A stretch of DNA of 35,915 nt from Ionaspis alba (lineage: Eukaryota). The position numbers and the translations under genes were made by a program. Positions 34,259 through 35,915 of this stretch are shown here, in pieces; the stretch's first letter is position 1, and every line of letters starts with the position of its first letter. Below the pieces are notes generated by a model. The model searched no databases. It had not been told where the DNA came from and worked only from the letters and a program-made list of their open reading frames with translations. The stretch covers positions 1 to 35,915 of the forward strand of contig CAXUUL010000078.1 of NCBI GenBank assembly GCA_964255285.1. Reading direction: 5' to 3'.

Positions 34259-35915
34259 ATGAAACATGAGCCGCAAGTGCCAATGGAGCTCAACCAAGAG
34301 AGCAGCAATGTCGATGTCCATCGGGAGGACGTTAGCATGGACGTCTTGGGACCTCAGATAGAGGGCGCTGACGTTCCCTCCGAAGAGGACGACGAATATA
34401 ACGACGGCTCAGATGAAAGCCAAGAATCAGAAATTGAAGGGGGATTTCGGAGGCTGGTTAGACTGCCCGAATTCTCTTTTGCCAGGAGAAATATAGCGCA
34501 GTTGATTGGTAATATTGGGACTCCTTACCTCTTTGCATTACATATCTGATCAACAATAGTCCTGCTGAACGACTCCAAGTATCTTGATATAGCTCCAGCA
34601 TATCAGCGGGACGTGGTTTGGCCAAGTATGTGTACTCGCTCTGATTTGTCGGTTGTCTTGGTTTTTCAGCTAACGGTGCGAAGGAAAACGAATGTCTGGA
34701 CTGATTAATTCGCTGCTACGTAAGGGCTTCATTTTCTCCCCAAACCGGGATTACACCTGTATCAGCTGCCAACATGTAACATAGAAAACTTCTACGTGCC
34801 GCCTGTTCTCTTCAATGTGACCCGCGTCGAGGCCGAGAATGGCGCTATCCGTTATAAGAGGACATGTATGGATGGCAAGCAACGACTGAGCTCGATCCGC
34901 GACTTTATGAATGGCAGACTGCCATGTCACGATCGCAAAGGGAATCCTTGGTGGGTAGTGTCTTGACACTCAAAGGTGCCTTAGCCAATGGGCTTACGGG
35001 ATGACAGGTTCTACTGCATAGAAAAAGACGCGCAGGGCAACCCGCTCAAAAAATACATGAAAAACATTTTGCCAGATTCAATCAAGGAGGAGTTCGATAG
35101 GAAAGATTTGCTGTGTTGTGAATACCTGAACCTTACAGAGACGCAGGAAAGGGAGATATTCCAGAGAGTCCAGCTCGGTATCCCCCTTACAGCGGCTGAG
35201 AAGGTTCGTGCAACCGCAGGCGCATGGCAAGAATTTGCACAATCATTCGAGCTAGATTTCCCTCGTGTGGTAAATCGTAAGTGCACAATCAGGCGGGTAT
35301 GGTGCCATTCTGATATCAACAGTGACAACCAACACGAGGGCTTCGGGCTTCCGTCGCATCCTTCAATGCTTCTCCCAGATTTACGAGACGCACGATCCAA
35401 CATCGGCCGATGGTATCCCTCGTCTCAAGCATTCCAGTGGAGCGCTGGAGCGTTTCTGCAAGCTACAGGAATCCTTGAACGCAAAGACAAAAGCCCATCT
35501 TCGTTCCGTGTTTGACCTGTTCGATCAACTCGTGGCTGACTACCCGGAAATCTTTGGCGACAACGGATATACACGCAACAAGTCTTTCTCCCCGATGGAG
35601 CTGGTAAGTGTCAGTGTGCTGCTCTCGGTTCATGGCGATCGCCAAAAGGGTATGCTGCGCGGAGATGTGTTAGGACTTCGTGACCAGCTACGCTCGAAGC
35701 ATGTCGACCTTCGAATGCATGAAAGGATATGGAAGACTGCCTGGAATTATATTGATGATCTCGAGCGATATCGAGGTTCAGCAGATGGGACGATGACGAC
35801 CAATCACCTAAGGAGAGCAAGAAGGGGAACCGAGCCAGGGGCCACTTCCCCAGGATCACAGCTGGACGCGCGAAATTCTATGAGGACGTCACGGAAAGGG
35901 ATAGGGCTAAGTCCT
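34259..35915 (+). CDS. DUF262 (GmrSD N-terminal / ParB-Srx-like) domain protein, 3' truncated by window edge
   Basis: Exons 34259-34508, 34560-34625, 34684-34719, 34785-34950, 35008-35276, 35323->35915; motifs PAYQRDVVW, LINSLLQNFYVPPVLF, CMDGKQRLSSI, EIFQRVQLGIPLT. Confidence 0.85.

Noticed and set aside
1..35915. tRNA, rRNA, snRNA genes, transposons and CRISPR arrays
   Set aside because: No diagnostic motifs, transposase/RT fragments or repeat-spacer arrays seen by eye; a covariance-model scan would be needed to exclude small RNAs

Overview
Gene-dense, intron-containing nuclear DNA from a filamentous ascomycete (Pezizomycotina-type: short GT-AG introns with CTRAC branch points). Manual splicing supports 16 protein-coding genes (the last runs off the right edge) plus one SDR pseudogene. 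In order: FLC/TRP-like channel, Chs4/Skt5-like Sel1 protein (CaaX), Cbp4, malate synthase (PTS1), LigB/DODA-like dioxygenase, complex I subunit NDUFA2 (missed by the ORF track), MPC2, Nup53-like RRM protein, Bim1/X325-like GPI copper protein, Ctr copper transporter, metalloreductase, SDR pseudogene, cryptochrome DASH, NAC-beta (EGD1), Ipi1, roadblock dynein light chain and a DUF262 protein. Highlights: (1) a three-gene putative copper-acquisition cluster (Bim1-like + Ctr + Met/Cys-rich reductase) with a CuRE-like palindrome; (2) an apparently obligatory one-nucleotide exon in EGD1; (3) a spliced DUF262 (GmrSD/SspE-type N-terminal domain) gene; (4) a GATC/GATCGA cluster upstream of cry-DASH; (5) a hairpin-rich intergenic segment. 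All family calls come from motif recognition, not database searches.
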